Shown piece after piece: positions 12,043-22,460 of a stretch of DNA of 64,000 nt. Every line of letters begins with the position of its first letter. The first letter of the stretch is position 1. Origin of the DNA: an uncultured Synergistaceae bacterium (GTDB lineage Bacteria; Synergistota; Synergistia; Synergistales; 79-D21). The stretch is from positions 1,221 to 65,220 of the forward strand of contig CAYRNZ010000003.1 of assembly GCA_964425765.1 (NCBI GenBank), in the 5' to 3' direction. The notes below the pieces were generated by a model. That model worked only from the letters and a program-made list of their open reading frames with translations. It was not told the DNA's origin and searched no databases. The translations under genes and the position numbers were made by a program.

Positions 12043-13160
12043 GAAACCGGCGCCCCTCCTTTAAAACGGGCCAGGAAAGAAGTCAAGAAGGTCGGATAGC
12101 TCCCCTCTATTATCGCCCTGCGTGCCTGGTTCATCAGGTTGACGAGGAAATGGAGGTTGTGCCACGAGCAAAGCCGCGCGGCGAGGATCTCTCCGGACTT
12201 GTAAAGGTGCCTGACATAGGCACGGCTGAACCGGCGGCAGACCATGCACCCGCACTCCGGGTCGATGGGGCCGAAATCCCTCTCGAATGCCGCATTCTTG
12301 AGATTAAGACGCCCGCCGGAAAAGAAAACCGTCCCGTTTCTGCCAGTACGGGTAGGCAGGACGCAGTCGAACATGTCAATTCCCCTCGCGACCCCTTCCA
12401 CCAGGTTCGAGGGCAATCCCACTCCCATCAGGTAACGCGGCCGGCTTTCGGGAAGGATTGGGTTCACCACGTCCAGGATTCGGTACATCTCTTCGTGTGG
12501 TTCCCCGACTGAAAGACCTCCGATAGCGTAGCCGTCGAACCCGATTGCCACCAAGGCTTCCGCCGAGCGGATCCTCTGTTTTTCAAAAACGGATCCCTGC
12601 ACGATCCCGAAGAGGGCCTGCCCGTCCCTTCGATGAACGGCCTTGCACCTCTGGGCCCACCGGGTCGTCCTGACGACGGCCTCCTTCGATGCCTCTTCCG
12701 AAGACGGAAAGGGAACACATTCATCGAAACACATAGCGATGTCGCTCCCGAGATTCTCCTGGATTGCTATCGCCTTCTCCGGTGTCATGAAATGGCTGGA
12801 CCCGTCGAGATGAGACCTGAAGGCTACTCCCTCGTCCGTGATTTTCCTGAGGTCGGCAAGGGAAAAAACCTGGAATCCCCCGCTATCGGTCAGGATGGCC
12901 CCATTCCAGTCCATGAAACGATGAAGCCCTCCAGCTTCCCGGACGAGATCGGATCCGGGCCTCAAGTGCAGATGATAGGTATTCGACAGGATGATCCTCG
13001 CACCCATGCCCTCCAGTTCCCCCGGGGTCATGGCCTTTACCGTGGCCTGGGTCCCCACGGGCATGAACACGGGTGTTTCGATGGCTCCATGCGGAGTGGT
13101 CAACCTGCCGGCACGCGCTCCCGTCACCGGGCACCGCGCTTCCAGTTCGAACTCAAACAT
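12039..13160 (-). CDS. tgt: Queuine tRNA-ribosyltransferase
   Basis: Motifs MFEFELEA...[40 protein letters not shown] and the zinc site CxC..C (CGCMVC). The ATG at 13158-13160 has GGGAGG upstream. The track start at 13229 is over-extended. Confidence 0.95.
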   Translation of the reverse strand: MFEFELEARCPVTGARAGRLTTPHGAIETPVFMPVGTQATVKAMTPGELEGMGARIILSNTYHLHLRPGSDLVREAGGLHRFMDWNGAILTDSGGFQVFSLADLRKITDEGVAFRSHLDGSSHFMTPEKAIAIQENLGSDIAMCFDECVPFPSSEEASKEAVVRTTRWAQRCKAVHRRDGQALFGIVQGSVFEKQRIRSAEALVAIGFDGYAIGGLSVGEPHEEMYRILDVVNPILPESRPRYLMGVGLPSNLVEGVARGIDMFDCVLPTRTGRNGTVFFSGGRLNLKNAAFERDFGPIDPECGCMVCRRFSRAYVRHLYKSGEILAARLCSWHNLHFLVNLMNQARRAIIEGSYPTFLTSFLARFKGGAPVS

Positions 13161-13947
13161 CGAGGCCCTCCCACCCGAAAAGCCTGGCCGCATTCCGCCA
13201 GACCTCTTCGGCCAGCGTTTCGACGTCAACTTTCCTTTCTTTGGCTATGGCCTCGTAAACCGTCGTGACGTATGCGGGGTGGTTCATCCTGCCGCGCCAT
13301 GGCTGTGGAGCAAGGTACGGGGAGTCCGTCTCGCAGAGCAGCCGGTTTGCTGGGATTTTTCCAGCCGTTTCACGCAGCTCGGTCGACCTGGGAAAAGTCA
13401 CCGGCCCCGCGAAAGAGACATGAAAACCCAAATCCAGGGCCGCTTCGGCATCCTGCCAGTCGCCGGAAAAACAGTGGATGACTCCGCCGCAACGATCCGC
13501 CCGCTCTTCGCGAAGAATTTCCAGCGCCTCTCCATAGGCCTCCCTGACGTGGACGACAAGCGGTTTCCCCACCCGGACGGCGAGATCGATATGCCGCCGG
13601 AAACTTTCTTCCTGGGCTTTTCTCGGCGACAGGTTGTAATGGAAATCCAGCCCCGTTTCTCCCACGGCGACAACCTCGCTTTCGAGCGCCCAACCTTCCA
13701 AAGTTTTCGGAAGTTCCCCCGAAGGACAGGTTTTTGCGTCATGCGGATGTACTCCCACAGCTGCGAAAACCTGTCCTTCCCCGCGGCGAGCCCGCGCGAT
13801 CGACACGGCTTCGGCGCTGGAGGCCATGTCGAAACCCACGACGAGGAGACGCTGGACTCCGACGGTTCTCGCTTCCTCCAAAACCTCTTCGAGCGTCGTG
13901 GAAAATTCCTTCATGTTCAGATGGCAATGGCTGTCTACGTATCTCAT
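13153..13947 (-). CDS. tatD: TatD-family metal-dependent hydrolase/DNase
   Basis: [15 protein letters not shown]...HCFSGD...[10 protein letters not shown] prefer the ATG at 13945-13947 (GGAGGA upstream). The track start at 13959 is a TTG lying inside that SD. Confidence 0.9.
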   Translation of the reverse strand: MRYVDSHCHLNMKEFSTTLEEVLEEARTVGVQRLLVVGFDMASSAEAVSIARARRGEGQVFAAVGVHPHDAKTCPSGELPKTLEGWALESEVVAVGETGLDFHYNLSPRKAQEESFRRHIDLAVRVGKPLVVHVREAYGEALEILREERADRCGGVIHCFSGDWQDAEAALDLGFHVSFAGPVTFPRSTELRETAGKIPANRLLCETDSPYLAPQPWRGRMNHPAYVTTVYEAIAKERKVDVETLAEEVWRNAARLFGWEGLDV

Positions 13948-13957
13948 GGAGTCCTCC

Positions 13958-13991
13958 AAAAAGCATCGCGGGCCCTATGTGCCCGCGATGC
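13958..13991 (-). terminator. Rho-independent terminator downstream of metG
   Basis: Minus strand GCATCGCGGGC-ACATAGG-GCCCGCGATGC followed by TTTTT, a perfect 11-bp GC-rich stem. Confidence 0.8.
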
Positions 13992-14036
13992 CCGGTCTAA
14001 ACGATCCTGCCGGGGGAAATCTCCCCCGGGGTACGG

Positions 14037-15965
14037 TCAGTGAACCCGGCTTCCGGGGGTGATTTCCTGGTCGAGGGTCAAAAGGGCAAGCTCACCGCCG
14101 TCCGGGCTTTCGGCCGCCAGCAGCATTCCGTTGCTTACGACCCCCCTGAGTTTGGCGGGTTTCAGGTTGCAGATGACGACAATACTCTTTCCGATCAGTT
14201 CCTCCGGCTTGTAGAACTCGCGAATTCCCGAAACGATGGTCCTTCTTTCGTAGCCCAGGTCCAGGCTCAGCTTGTAAAGCTTGTTCGCGTTCGCTACCGG
14301 TTCCACGTCCAGGACACGCGCCGTTCGCAGCTCGATTTTTCTGAACTCATCGGCGGTCACTTCCGCTTCATGGTCGCCAGGATCCGGGAGAAGGCTCTTT
14401 TTTACCTCCCGTTCTGCTTTTTCCGCTTCCCAGGCTTTCAGGTCGATGCGCGGGAAAAGGATTTCCTCCCTTTTTATCGTCGTGCCTTCCGGCAGGAATC
14501 CCCAGGGATAATCTTCCAACAGCGCATTTCCGGGATCCCCTTCCAGGCCAAGCTGGTTCCACATCTTGACTCCCGTGCAGGGCATAAAGGGACTGACCAG
14601 GAGGGAAATCTGGACAAGGGCCTGGTATAGGGTCCCGAGGACGGAATCCAGGCGAGGGTCGTTGTCCTTGCCGAGCTTCCATGGTGCAGTCTCGTCGATA
14701 TACTTGTTCATCCTCGAAACGAACACCCAGATCGCTTTCAAGGTCTCATCGAAGGCGAAATCCTTCATCTTCGCCTCCACGGTCGCCCTCGTTTCCGATG
14801 CCAGCCTTGCCATCTCGAGATCCAGGGTGTCCGTAGTCCCCCAGCCATTAACGGTGCAGCCCCTGAACCGTTCTATCATCTGGAGGGTCCGGTTCAAAAG
14901 GTTCCCCAGGTCGTTCGCGAGGTCCGAGTTGATACGCCTCACCAAGCCGTTTTCGGAAAAATCCCCATCCAGGCCGAAGGGGACCTCCCTCAGCAGGAAG
15001 TACCGGAAGGCGTCCTGCCCGTAAAGGTCGACCATCTCGAAAGGATCGACCACATTGCCTTTCGACTTCGACATCTTTTCCCCGTCTACCGTCCACCACC
15101 CGTGCGAAAAAACCTGGCGGGGGGGGTTCAGCCCGAGCGCAAGCAGCATCGCGGGCCAAACGATGCAGTGGAATCGGATGATATCCTTGCCCACGAAATG
15201 GCGCACCACCGGCCAGAACTTTCTCCACTTGTTTTCGTCGTCAGGGTACCCGCAGACCGTGAGATAGTTGATGAGGGCGTCGAACCAGACATAGATGACA
15301 TGCCGGTCGTCTCCCGGAACCGGGATTCCCCAGGTCAGCGTCGTCCTGGAGATGGACTGGTCCTTCAGGCCTCCCCTGATGAAACTGACGATCTCGTTGT
15401 AGCGGGTCCGGGGCAGGATCGCATCGGGGTTCTCCTCGTAGAATTTCAAGAGGGGCTCGGCATAGTTCGACATCCTGAAGAAAAAGCTCTCCTCGGTCAT
15501 TTTCTCGAGGGGCCGCTTGCAGTCCGGGCAAGTCTTGCCCTCTCCCATCTGGGCTTCGGGAACGTAGGTCTCGCAAGGGACGCAATACCAGCCCTCGTAG
15601 GTCCCCTTGTAGACATCCCCCTGGGCTATGAGTTTTTCGAAGATGGCCTTGACCACCTTCTCGTGGCGCGGTTCGGTAGTCCGGATAAAATCGTCGTTGG
15701 AAATGTCCAGGGCTTTCCAGAGGCTTCTGAAGTTCTCAACCGTCTGGTCCGCAAGCTGTTGAGCCGTAAGTCCCTTCTTCTCCGCCGCCTGCTGGATTTT
15801 CTGGCCATGCTCGTCGGTACCCGTACAGAAGATGACCGGCTGCCCCAACATCCGGTGGTAGCGGGCGCTGACGTCTGCCGCTATCGTCGTGTAAGCATGC
15901 CCGATATGGGGGACATCGTTAACGTAATAGATCGGGGTCGTGATGTAAAACGGTTCTTTGCCCAT
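14037..15965 (-). CDS. metG: Methionine--tRNA ligase with C-terminal tRNA-binding (EMAP-like) domain
   Basis: 642 aa. HIGH motif (PHIGHAYT), KMSKS motif (KMSKSKGN), zinc knuckle CVPCETY...CPDCKRP, and a C-terminal domain FRKIELRTARVLDVEPV...GMLLAA. Confidence 0.97.
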   Translation of the reverse strand: MGKEPFYITTPIYYVNDVPHIGHAYTTIAADVSARYHRMLGQPVIFCTGTDEHGQKIQQAAEKKGLTAQQLADQTVENFRSLWKALDISNDDFIRTTEPRHEKVVKAIFEKLIAQGDVYKGTYEGWYCVPCETYVPEAQMGEGKTCPDCKRPLEKMTEESFFFRMSNYAEPLLKFYEENPDAILPRTRYNEIVSFIRGGLKDQSISRTTLTWGIPVPGDDRHVIYVWFDALINYLTVCGYPDDENKWRKFWPVVRHFVGKDIIRFHCIVWPAMLLALGLNPPRQVFSHGWWTVDGEKMSKSKGNVVDPFEMVDLYGQDAFRYFLLREVPFGLDGDFSENGLVRRINSDLANDLGNLLNRTLQMIERFRGCTVNGWGTTDTLDLEMARLASETRATVEAKMKDFAFDETLKAIWVFVSRMNKYIDETAPWKLGKDNDPRLDSVLGTLYQALVQISLLVSPFMPCTGVKMWNQLGLEGDPGNALLEDYPWGFLPEGTTIKREEILFPRIDLKAWEAEKAEREVKKSLLPDPGDHEAEVTADEFRKIELRTARVLDVEPVANANKLYKLSLDLGYERRTIVSGIREFYKPEELIGKSIVVICNLKPAKLRGVVSNGMLLAAESPDGGELALLTLDQEITPGSRVH

Positions 15966-15980
15966 GATTTCCCTGCCTCC

Positions 15981-16850
15981 TCATCGCGTTTTTTCGCGAT
16001 CACTCCCAAGTTCTCCCTGTTCGGGCATGGAAGTATCCATCAGGAATCCCTTTGCGCGATTTTTCGAAATACCATAGCGCTCCTGGAGCTTTTTGACAAC
16101 ATCCCTTTTCGACTGCCCCTCCAGGACCGCCTGCCTGGCAAAAGCCTCCCAGGCGCTGTCCGAGGCTTCCACGGACCCGTCCTCTTCAGGGGCTCCCCCT
16201 ACCACCAGGACCATCTCCCCCTTCATCGGCAGGAGGACCTTCTCTCTAAGCAGGCCGAGATCCATCCGAAGGACTTCCTCGTGAATCTTGCTCAGCTCGC
16301 GAACCAGTGCCGCTGGCCGGTTCCCCATGACCAGTGCGCAATCCGATACTTCGTCCTTCAGGCGATGAGGAGAAACGTAGAAGACAAGGGTAGACCGGAC
16401 CTCTTTCAAGGCTTCGAGCTTTTTCCTCCGATCTCCCCTCCTGGGGGGCAAAAAGCCGGCGAAAAGAAAGGAATGGGTAGGCAGCCCCGAAAGAACGAGT
16501 GAAGGGATGAGGGCCGTGGGACCAGGCAGGACCTCCACCGGGAGGCCTTCCCTGATCGCTTCCTGGACAAGGTACGCCCCGGGATCCGATATGCCCGGGG
16601 TTCCTGCGTCCGTGACCAGCGCGACTTTTTTGCCCTCTCGCAAGGCCTCGAGCAAAGAAAACGCTCTTCCCTTCTCGTTGTGTTCGTGCGAAGAAACCAG
16701 TGGGACCTTTATCCCCAGGTGGTTGAGCAATCTCAGGCTCCTCCTCGTGTCCTCGCAGGCAATGAGGTCGGCCTCCTTCAACACCCGTATGGCCCTGAGG
16801 GTAATGTCCTCCAGGTTTCCTACAGGGGTAGGCACCAGCGTCAAAGGCAT
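15981..16850 (-). CDS. rsmI: 16S rRNA (cytidine1402-2'-O)-methyltransferase
   Basis: 289 aa. MPLTLVPTPVGNLEDITLRAIRVLKEADLIACEDTR...TDAGTPGISDPG, a tetrapyrrole-methylase-fold RsmI signature. Confidence 0.92.
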   Translation of the reverse strand: MPLTLVPTPVGNLEDITLRAIRVLKEADLIACEDTRRSLRLLNHLGIKVPLVSSHEHNEKGRAFSLLEALREGKKVALVTDAGTPGISDPGAYLVQEAIREGLPVEVLPGPTALIPSLVLSGLPTHSFLFAGFLPPRRGDRRKKLEALKEVRSTLVFYVSPHRLKDEVSDCALVMGNRPAALVRELSKIHEEVLRMDLGLLREKVLLPMKGEMVLVVGGAPEEDGSVEASDSAWEAFARQAVLEGQSKRDVVKKLQERYGISKNRAKGFLMDTSMPEQGELGSDREKTR

Positions 16851-17584
16851 GGCAAGGAGTCCAGGCGGTATGCCGCCAAAAGCTCAGGGGTGTAGGAACC
16901 TTGTCCGTCGGTTATGAAAAGAGGCGGAACGACGACAAGCCCTTCCCGGCCCTGTTTCATCGCGCTCAGGAGGAACATCGAGGCTTCCTTGCCGGGAACG
17001 GGATGTACGAACCGCAAACGCTTCGGCTCCATCCCCTCCTGTTTGAGCAGGGCAAGGGTTTCGGCCAGCCTGTTGACTCTCAGGACGAGAAAGAACCTTC
17101 CCCTGGGTTTAAGCAGGTACGAAGCGGCGGCAACCACATCAGCAATCGTGCAGGCTGTCCCATGGCGGGCGATTGCTCTGGCCGGCCTGGGGCTGACCCG
17201 GCTTTTGCCCGGGTCGTTATAAGGAGGGTTCATCAGGACGACATCGAAAACTCCCCGCGGAAAAAGCTTTTCGACCTCCCGCAGGTCTCCCTCTGTGAAA
17301 CGGGTTTGTTCCTGGAGGCCGTTCAGTTTCGCGTTTTCCCTGGCAAGTTCGACCAGCCCCTTGCAGATTTCCAAAGCCTCGAAGCTCTCGGCGCGCGGGA
17401 ATTTCTTGGCCAGTATAAGCAGGACCGCCCCATGGGCTGAACCGAGTTCGATCACCTTCTCTTTTCCGCGTACCTTCACCGCGGACGAAAGCAACACCGT
17501 GTCCACGGAAACTCGCGGACCGTCAACGGGCTGCAGCATGCGAAATTCCCCGAAAAGGATGTCATCGAGGGTCGTGTCCGTCAT
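16841..17584 (-). CDS. SAM-dependent methyltransferase with NPPY motif (YabB/TrmN6-like)
   Basis: 247 aa from the ATG at 17582-17584 (ATGA overlap with the smc stop). Motifs are VIELGSAHGAVLL (SAM motif I) and VVLMNPPYNDPG. Its position upstream of rsmI matches yabB-rsmI in Bacillus. The Arg/Gly/Pro-rich 5' extension in the track (to 18112) overlaps smc and is rejected. Confidence 0.8.
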   Translation of the reverse strand: MTDTTLDDILFGEFRMLQPVDGPRVSVDTVLLSSAVKVRGKEKVIELGSAHGAVLLILAKKFPRAESFEALEICKGLVELARENAKLNGLQEQTRFTEGDLREVEKLFPRGVFDVVLMNPPYNDPGKSRVSPRPARAIARHGTACTIADVVAAASYLLKPRGRFFLVLRVNRLAETLALLKQEGMEPKRLRFVHPVPGKEASMFLLSAMKQGREGLVVVPPLFITDGQGSYTPELLAAYRLDSLPCL

Positions 17585-20500
17585 GCCCAATCCTCCATAC
17601 GGACGCCGACGATCTGGGACAACCCCGGTTCGGAAAGGGTGACCCCGTACAGAACGTCGGCTTTTTCCATCGTCGTGCGCCTGTGGGTCATGGCGATGAT
17701 CTGGAGATCGCGGGCGTATTCTCCCGCCAGGTCGACGTAGCGCCTCAGGTTCACCTCGTCCAGCGCGGCGTCGGCTTCGTCGAGGATCGCAATCGGCACA
17801 CGGGCTTCCTCCATCGCGGCGAACAGAAGGGCAATAGCGGTAAGCGACTGTTCCCCGCCCGACAACTGCGTCAGCCCCTGGGGACGCTTGCCCGGGGGCC
17901 GGGCAGAGACGTCCACCCCGGCCTTCCAGATTTCTTCGCCGTTCCCTTCCATCTCGAGATGGGCCTCGCCGCCTCCGAATAGCCTTCGGAAGAGGATATC
18001 GAAACGACGGTCGATTCCCTCCATCGCGAGCCCGAAAATCCGGGAAGCCTGCTGGTCTGTGTCCGTAATGAAACCCTGCAGGGACTTGATCCCCTCCCTG
18101 ACGTCGGAACATTGTTCCGAAAGGAACGCGGTGCGTTCCCTGAGCGAGTGGTCCTCCGAAAGGACCCCCATATCCACAGTCCCGATCTCCCGAAGACTTC
18201 TTTCCCTATGCCTGATCGAGCGCTTCACTTCCTCCAGGTCCCCATCGCCGGCCCGTCCCCTCCCGGGGAAGGGGAATTTTTCCTCCCACTCCCCCACCAA
18301 TTCGGCAAGCCCGTTTTCGGCTTCAACAATCTCCCTGTCCAGTTCTGCAAGGTGCGAACTGCAACGCTTCGAGGCTTCCTGCGCCCTTCCCTCCCTGGCT
18401 ACCACCCGGACTATACCCTTGCTTGACCTGGCTCCCTGGAAAGACAGGGTGCTCACGACCGAGGCCACCTTCGCCTTTTCCTCCCACAGGCGAAGGTACT
18501 TGCGGCCGAGCCCCTCTAGTTCTTTCGTGATCTTCTCATGTTCTTTTTCGAGGCGCTCGATCTCCAGGTCTGATACCTTGAGCGATTCCGACGTTTCCCG
18601 CTTGTCTTTCAGGATCCTTTGAAGCAGTTCTTGGACTCCTTTTTGCCTTTCCTCCGCGACGAGCACTTCCGTATTGAGGTCGGGCACCCCCGTATCAAGA
18701 GAGGAGGGCTCTTCGGCCGGCGGTTCGATCGATCCCAGAAGGATCGCCGTCTCCCGGACTCCCGTCACGTTCCGCAGCAGGGCCCTCCCTGCCGCGGAAA
18801 GGGATTCCAAAGCCTTACCCCCTGCTTCCCGAAGCCGCAGGACCTCCCGTTCGACACGGTCCTTCCCGCCCTGCAGGAACTGGACCGCCTCCTCGGCTTT
18901 CCTCATACCGGAGAAAGCCCTTTCTTTCTCCTCGGCTGCCCCGATCTCCCTTTCTTCAGTCTTGGCCAGCAAGGACTGCAGGCGCTCCGTCTCCGATTGG
19001 AGATTTTCAAGGGACGCCTCGAGTTCCTTACGGCGTCTCCTCATTTCTATCCCTCCCGGAGTGCCCTTGTGGCTCCCTCCGCTCACGGATCCTCCCGGCA
19101 TGAAGACTTCGCCATCAAGGGTGGCGACCGCAACGGAAGGTTGCCTGCGAACGAATCCGGAGGCGGACGGGTAATCTTCCGCGAGCAGGAGATCCCCGAG
19201 AAGATGGCGGACACCCTTTTCCCACGTTTTGTCAATATCGAGAAAATCGATTGCCCGACCCATTATCCCCGCCTCTTTCGACACGTCGAGACGGAGGTTC
19301 GGCTTGTTCCCGCGACATCTTTCCAAAGGAAGGAACGTCGCCCTTCCGGCGCCGGCCTCACGAAGGCGTTCGATGCATAAACGGGCCTCCTCCATATTCC
19401 CGACCAAAAGCCAGAACTGCCTCCCCCCGAGATAGGCCTCTATCGCCTTTTCGAAGCGTGATGGGCATTCGAAAGCATCGATCACCGGGACAGGGGATAC
19501 CTGGAGACGGCCGAGTTTCGCCGCTGCGACGAGAAATTGGACAGGACGGGGGAGAACTTGGGCATCGATTCTTTGGTTCAGGTTTTCCAGTTCCGAGAGG
19601 AATCCTCCCACCTGCCTCCTTACCCTGGACAGCTCCGAGGCCGTTTTCTGGGCTTCGGCAAAAGCGGCGGAGTGGGTTTCGACCGCTATCGTGCAGTGCT
19701 CAACGCTCTGTTCGAGCGCTTTCTCCGCATCCGCAAGGCAATTCTCGATCCGCAAGGATTCGGAAGAGAGTTTCGCCAGTTCCTCCTGTATCTCGGCGAA
19801 ATTCCGCCCCAATCCCCCCAATCTCACATTCAGGCTTTCAATCTCCGCTTCTTGCCCGGCTCTGCGCCGGCCGAGGGCGAGAATCTCCTTTCTCTTCCTC
19901 TCGAGACACTCCTGCCTTCGTAGTCGTTCTTCCCTTGCCAGTCGCTGGGCGTTCCTTTTCGCTGCAAGTTCGGCTTCCAATGTATCCGCAAGGACTCTCT
20001 GGCTCTCTTCTTCCTTCTCGAGAGAAGACATCGCGACATTTCTTCTTTGCCGCTCGATACGGGTCGATTCTTCCCGCTCCTTGCCGCTTCTAAGAGCCGA
20101 AGCCAGGGATGCCGCCTGGCGGAGTGCCTCCTGGATTTCCCGCTGGACCCTCGCATGTCGATCCTGGCAGGTTTCCAACTCGGCCTGTATTTTCGTGACA
20201 GACTCTTCGAGCATTTCTTTTTTCCGTTTCCAGCCGACACTCCAGAAGGCGTGGGTTGCCTGTTCCCTTTCCAGAAGGGTGCGCCGCTCTGTGAGCGTTT
20301 CGATTCCGGCTTCCGCACGCTCCCTTCTCAACCAGTAAAAAAGCTTCCTATGGGCTTCCAGCGTTTCGAGGATTCCCCGAGCCTTATCCGCTTTCTCCAC
20401 CATGGGAGCGATCTCTTCCCTTCGCGCGGAAAGCTCGAGGAGAAGAGTGGACAGGCGGAGCAATTCTTCTTCCGCTTTCTCGAGGCGCTCGACAGCTTCC

Positions 20501-21003
20501 TCACGTTTCTTCCTGTACAGGTCGATTCCGAAAAGCCCCTCGAGAAGCATTCGCCTCTGGAGGGGCTTCTGCTGGATGATCTCCGCAATCTCGCCCTGGC
20601 CTATAAAAGCGAAACGGATCCCTTCAAGTCCCCAGTCCCTCTTAACCTGGTCAAGATCCTGAAGGCGGAGGCGCGTCCCATTTGCGGAGAGCGAAGCGAT
20701 CCCTTCCCTGTCCACTCTTCGCCTGATCAGGCAGGTTTCCGTTCCCGAAAAGAGCTTCAGCGTCACCTCGGCTTCGCTTCCGGGAGGAAAGCTTGAACTG
20801 CCCTGGAAAAGGAGGTCGGTTTGGCGGGTGATGCGAAGATCGGAAGGAGCACCTTCCCCAAGAACCCACCGCATCGCGTCCAATAGGTTGCTTTTCCCGC
20901 TCCCGTTGGGACCGACGACGCATGTCAATCCGGGAGATAGGGAAAGTTCGTGTTCTCCGCCGAAACTCTTAAATCCTTTGAGCCGGAGCTGGGCGATATA
21001 CAT
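17581..21003 (-). CDS. smc: Chromosome partition protein Smc
   Basis: Start MYIAQLRLKGFKSFG...GPNGSGKSN (Walker A), long coiled coils, a hinge (AIEAYLGGRQFWLLV) and C-terminal LSGGEQSLTAIALLFA...ILDEADAALD. The ATG is at 21001-21003 and overlaps the end of rng by 35 nt. Confidence 0.93.
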   Translation of the reverse strand: MYIAQLRLKGFKSFGGEHELSLSPGLTCVVGPNGSGKSNLLDAMRWVLGEGAPSDLRITRQTDLLFQGSSSFPPGSEAEVTLKLFSGTETCLIRRRVDREGIASLSANGTRLRLQDLDQVKRDWGLEGIRFAFIGQGEIAEIIQQKPLQRRMLLEGLFGIDLYRKKREEAVERLEKAEEELLRLSTLLLELSARREEIAPMVEKADKARGILETLEAHRKLFYWLRRERAEAGIETLTERRTLLEREQATHAFWSVGWKRKKEMLEESVTKIQAELETCQDRHARVQREIQEALRQAASLASALRSGKEREESTRIERQRRNVAMSSLEKEEESQRVLADTLEAELAAKRNAQRLAREERLRRQECLERKRKEILALGRRRAGQEAEIESLNVRLGGLGRNFAEIQEELAKLSSESLRIENCLADAEKALEQSVEHCTIAVETHSAAFAEAQKTASELSRVRRQVGGFLSELENLNQRIDAQVLPRPVQFLVAAAKLGRLQVSPVPVIDAFECPSRFEKAIEAYLGGRQFWLLVGNMEEARLCIERLREAGAGRATFLPLERCRGNKPNLRLDVSKEAGIMGRAIDFLDIDKTWEKGVRHLLGDLLLAEDYPSASGFVRRQPSVAVATLDGEVFMPGGSVSGGSHKGTPGGIEMRRRRKELEASLENLQSETERLQSLLAKTEEREIGAAEEKERAFSGMRKAEEAVQFLQGGKDRVEREVLRLREAGGKALESLSAAGRALLRNVTGVRETAILLGSIEPPAEEPSSLDTGVPDLNTEVLVAEERQKGVQELLQRILKDKRETSESLKVSDLEIERLEKEHEKITKELEGLGRKYLRLWEEKAKVASVVSTLSFQGARSSKGIVRVVAREGRAQEASKRCSSHLAELDREIVEAENGLAELVGEWEEKFPFPGRGRAGDGDLEEVKRSIRHRERSLREIGTVDMGVLSEDHSLRERTAFLSEQCSDVREGIKSLQGFITDTDQQASRIFGLAMEGIDRRFDILFRRLFGGGEAHLEMEGNGEEIWKAGVDVSARPPGKRPQGLTQLSGGEQSLTAIALLFAAMEEARVPIAILDEADAALDEVNLRRYVDLAGEYARDLQIIAMTHRRTTMEKADVLYGVTLSEPGLSQIVGVRMEDWA

Positions 21004-22444
21004 TGACCTTGTGTTCCGCCTGTGCCAGCGAACCCTGGAAATCCAAACGATACTTCTCCCAAGGGAACCCGGGCATCCCCCTAAGGAAGATCTTCCTTTC
21101 GAATTCCTCCTCCCAGGCGTCAAGGTAGTTTTCGGCGATATGCCCCGCGATGGCCGGGTAGAGTTCCAGGATCAGGGCATCGGCTTTCCCCGACCGGCAG
21201 ACTTTTCTCAGGAAACGCTTGATGGAAAGGGCGACCGTGTCCTCCTTCAGAACCCAGCCGTTACCCGAGCAGAAAGGGCAACTCCGTGTAAAGGTCCCCT
21301 TGATGTCTCCCTTGGCCCGTTTGCGGGTGATCTCCACGAGCCCCAGTTGAGTCACTCCATAGACCCTTGCCTTGCAGCGATCGTGCCTGAACAGTTCTTC
21401 CAGCCTTTGGAGGAGAATATTCTTGTCCTCTTCGTGTTCCATGTCGATGAAATCGATCACCACGATCCCGCCGATCGAGCGCAGGCGAAGAACCCTGTAA
21501 ATCGATTCAGCGGCTTCCAGGTTCGTCTTGAGAACGGTTTCCCTGAGGTTGGTCATTCCTACGTATTTCCCCGTGTTGACGTCGATGACAGTCAAGGCCT
21601 CGGTTTGGTCGACGACCAGGGTGCCCCCCGAAGGCAGCCAGACTTTCCTCTCGAGGGCGGCGGCCAGTTCCTTCTCTATTCCATAGAATTCGAAGATGGG
21701 AACCGACCCACCGTAGAGTTCGGCCTGCGGGGGATTTTCCGAAAAGAAAACGCGTACGTAGGAAGCCACTTTTTCGTGCTCTTCCGGGCAATCCAGCACG
21801 ATCTCGGAAACGTCGCCGTTCAGCTCGTCTCTCAGTATCCTGCCCACGAGTCCGATATCCCTGTACAAAAGAGACGGGGCTGGCTGTCTTTCAGCCAGTT
21901 CGGAAATCTCGTGCCACTGTTCGAGAAGCATCGCCAGGTCGTTTTGGAGCGCTTCCGGGGCAATTCCCTCCGCAACGGTCCTCACGATGATCCCGTACCC
22001 ATTCGGGCGTAAGCTCCTGGCGACCTGCCTTAGCCTCTTCCGTTCGTTTTCGTCGACGATCCGTTTCGAAACGCCGGTTTCGCCTCCGCCCGGCACCAGG
22101 ACAAGGAAACGGCCCGGAAGGGAAACCCGTGCCGAAACCCGCGCCCCCTTTCCTTTCCGGGCCGCCTTCACCACCTGCACGACAACCTCCGCGTTGGCCT
22201 TGATGTCGATTCCCCTCGCATCCTCGAGATAGAGAAAGGCATTCCTGCCGTCGCCGAGGTTCACGAACGAAGCGTTCATCCCCGGCAAGACGCTGTCGAC
22301 CCTGGCCTTGAAAATTTCCCCCGCCTTCTGGGTCTCCCACATGCGCTCGCAGAAAATTTCCGCTACCCGTCCCTCTTCCAGGATGGCAAGCCGCATTTCT
22401 TCCGAATCCAGTACATTCGCGATGATTTGCCTTTCTGTCGGCAT
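20969..22444 (-). CDS. rng: Rne/Rng-family ribonuclease (RNase G-like)
   Basis: 491 aa. An S1 domain (GEIFKARVDSVLPGMNASFVNLG) followed by the catalytic core LVVDQTEALTVIDVNTGKY...GGIVVIDFIDM and a CPFCSGNG zinc link. Confidence 0.9.
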   Translation of the reverse strand: MPTERQIIANVLDSEEMRLAILEEGRVAEIFCERMWETQKAGEIFKARVDSVLPGMNASFVNLGDGRNAFLYLEDARGIDIKANAEVVVQVVKAARKGKGARVSARVSLPGRFLVLVPGGGETGVSKRIVDENERKRLRQVARSLRPNGYGIIVRTVAEGIAPEALQNDLAMLLEQWHEISELAERQPAPSLLYRDIGLVGRILRDELNGDVSEIVLDCPEEHEKVASYVRVFFSENPPQAELYGGSVPIFEFYGIEKELAAALERKVWLPSGGTLVVDQTEALTVIDVNTGKYVGMTNLRETVLKTNLEAAESIYRVLRLRSIGGIVVIDFIDMEHEEDKNILLQRLEELFRHDRCKARVYGVTQLGLVEITRKRAKGDIKGTFTRSCPFCSGNGWVLKEDTVALSIKRFLRKVCRSGKADALILELYPAIAGHIAENYLDAWEEEFERKIFLRGMPGFPWEKYRLDFQGSLAQAEHKVNVYRPAPAQRI

Positions 22445-22460
22445 ACTTTCACTCCCCAGG

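Noticed and set aside
15966-15980. T-box leaders upstream of the aminoacyl-tRNA synthetase genes metG and aspS
   Set aside because: metG is separated from rsmI by only 15 nt, and aspS overlaps the hisS stop, so there is no space for a T-box of about 200 nt. The hisS upstream region lies outside the window and cannot be assessed.
17585-18112. 176-residue N-terminal extension of the NPPY methyltransferase ORF (track ORF 16841-18112)
   Set aside because: The extension is Arg/Gly/Pro-rich nonsense that overlaps the 3' end of smc in another frame. A clean ATG at 17584 overlaps the smc stop (ATGA) and gives a normal-length methyltransferase. The same reasoning removed over-extensions of rpoB (to 10842), tgt (13229), smc (21123), DUF2344 (23135), radC (32792), rex (42113), hppA (47944), mobB (48679) and the zinc-ribbon ORF (55097).
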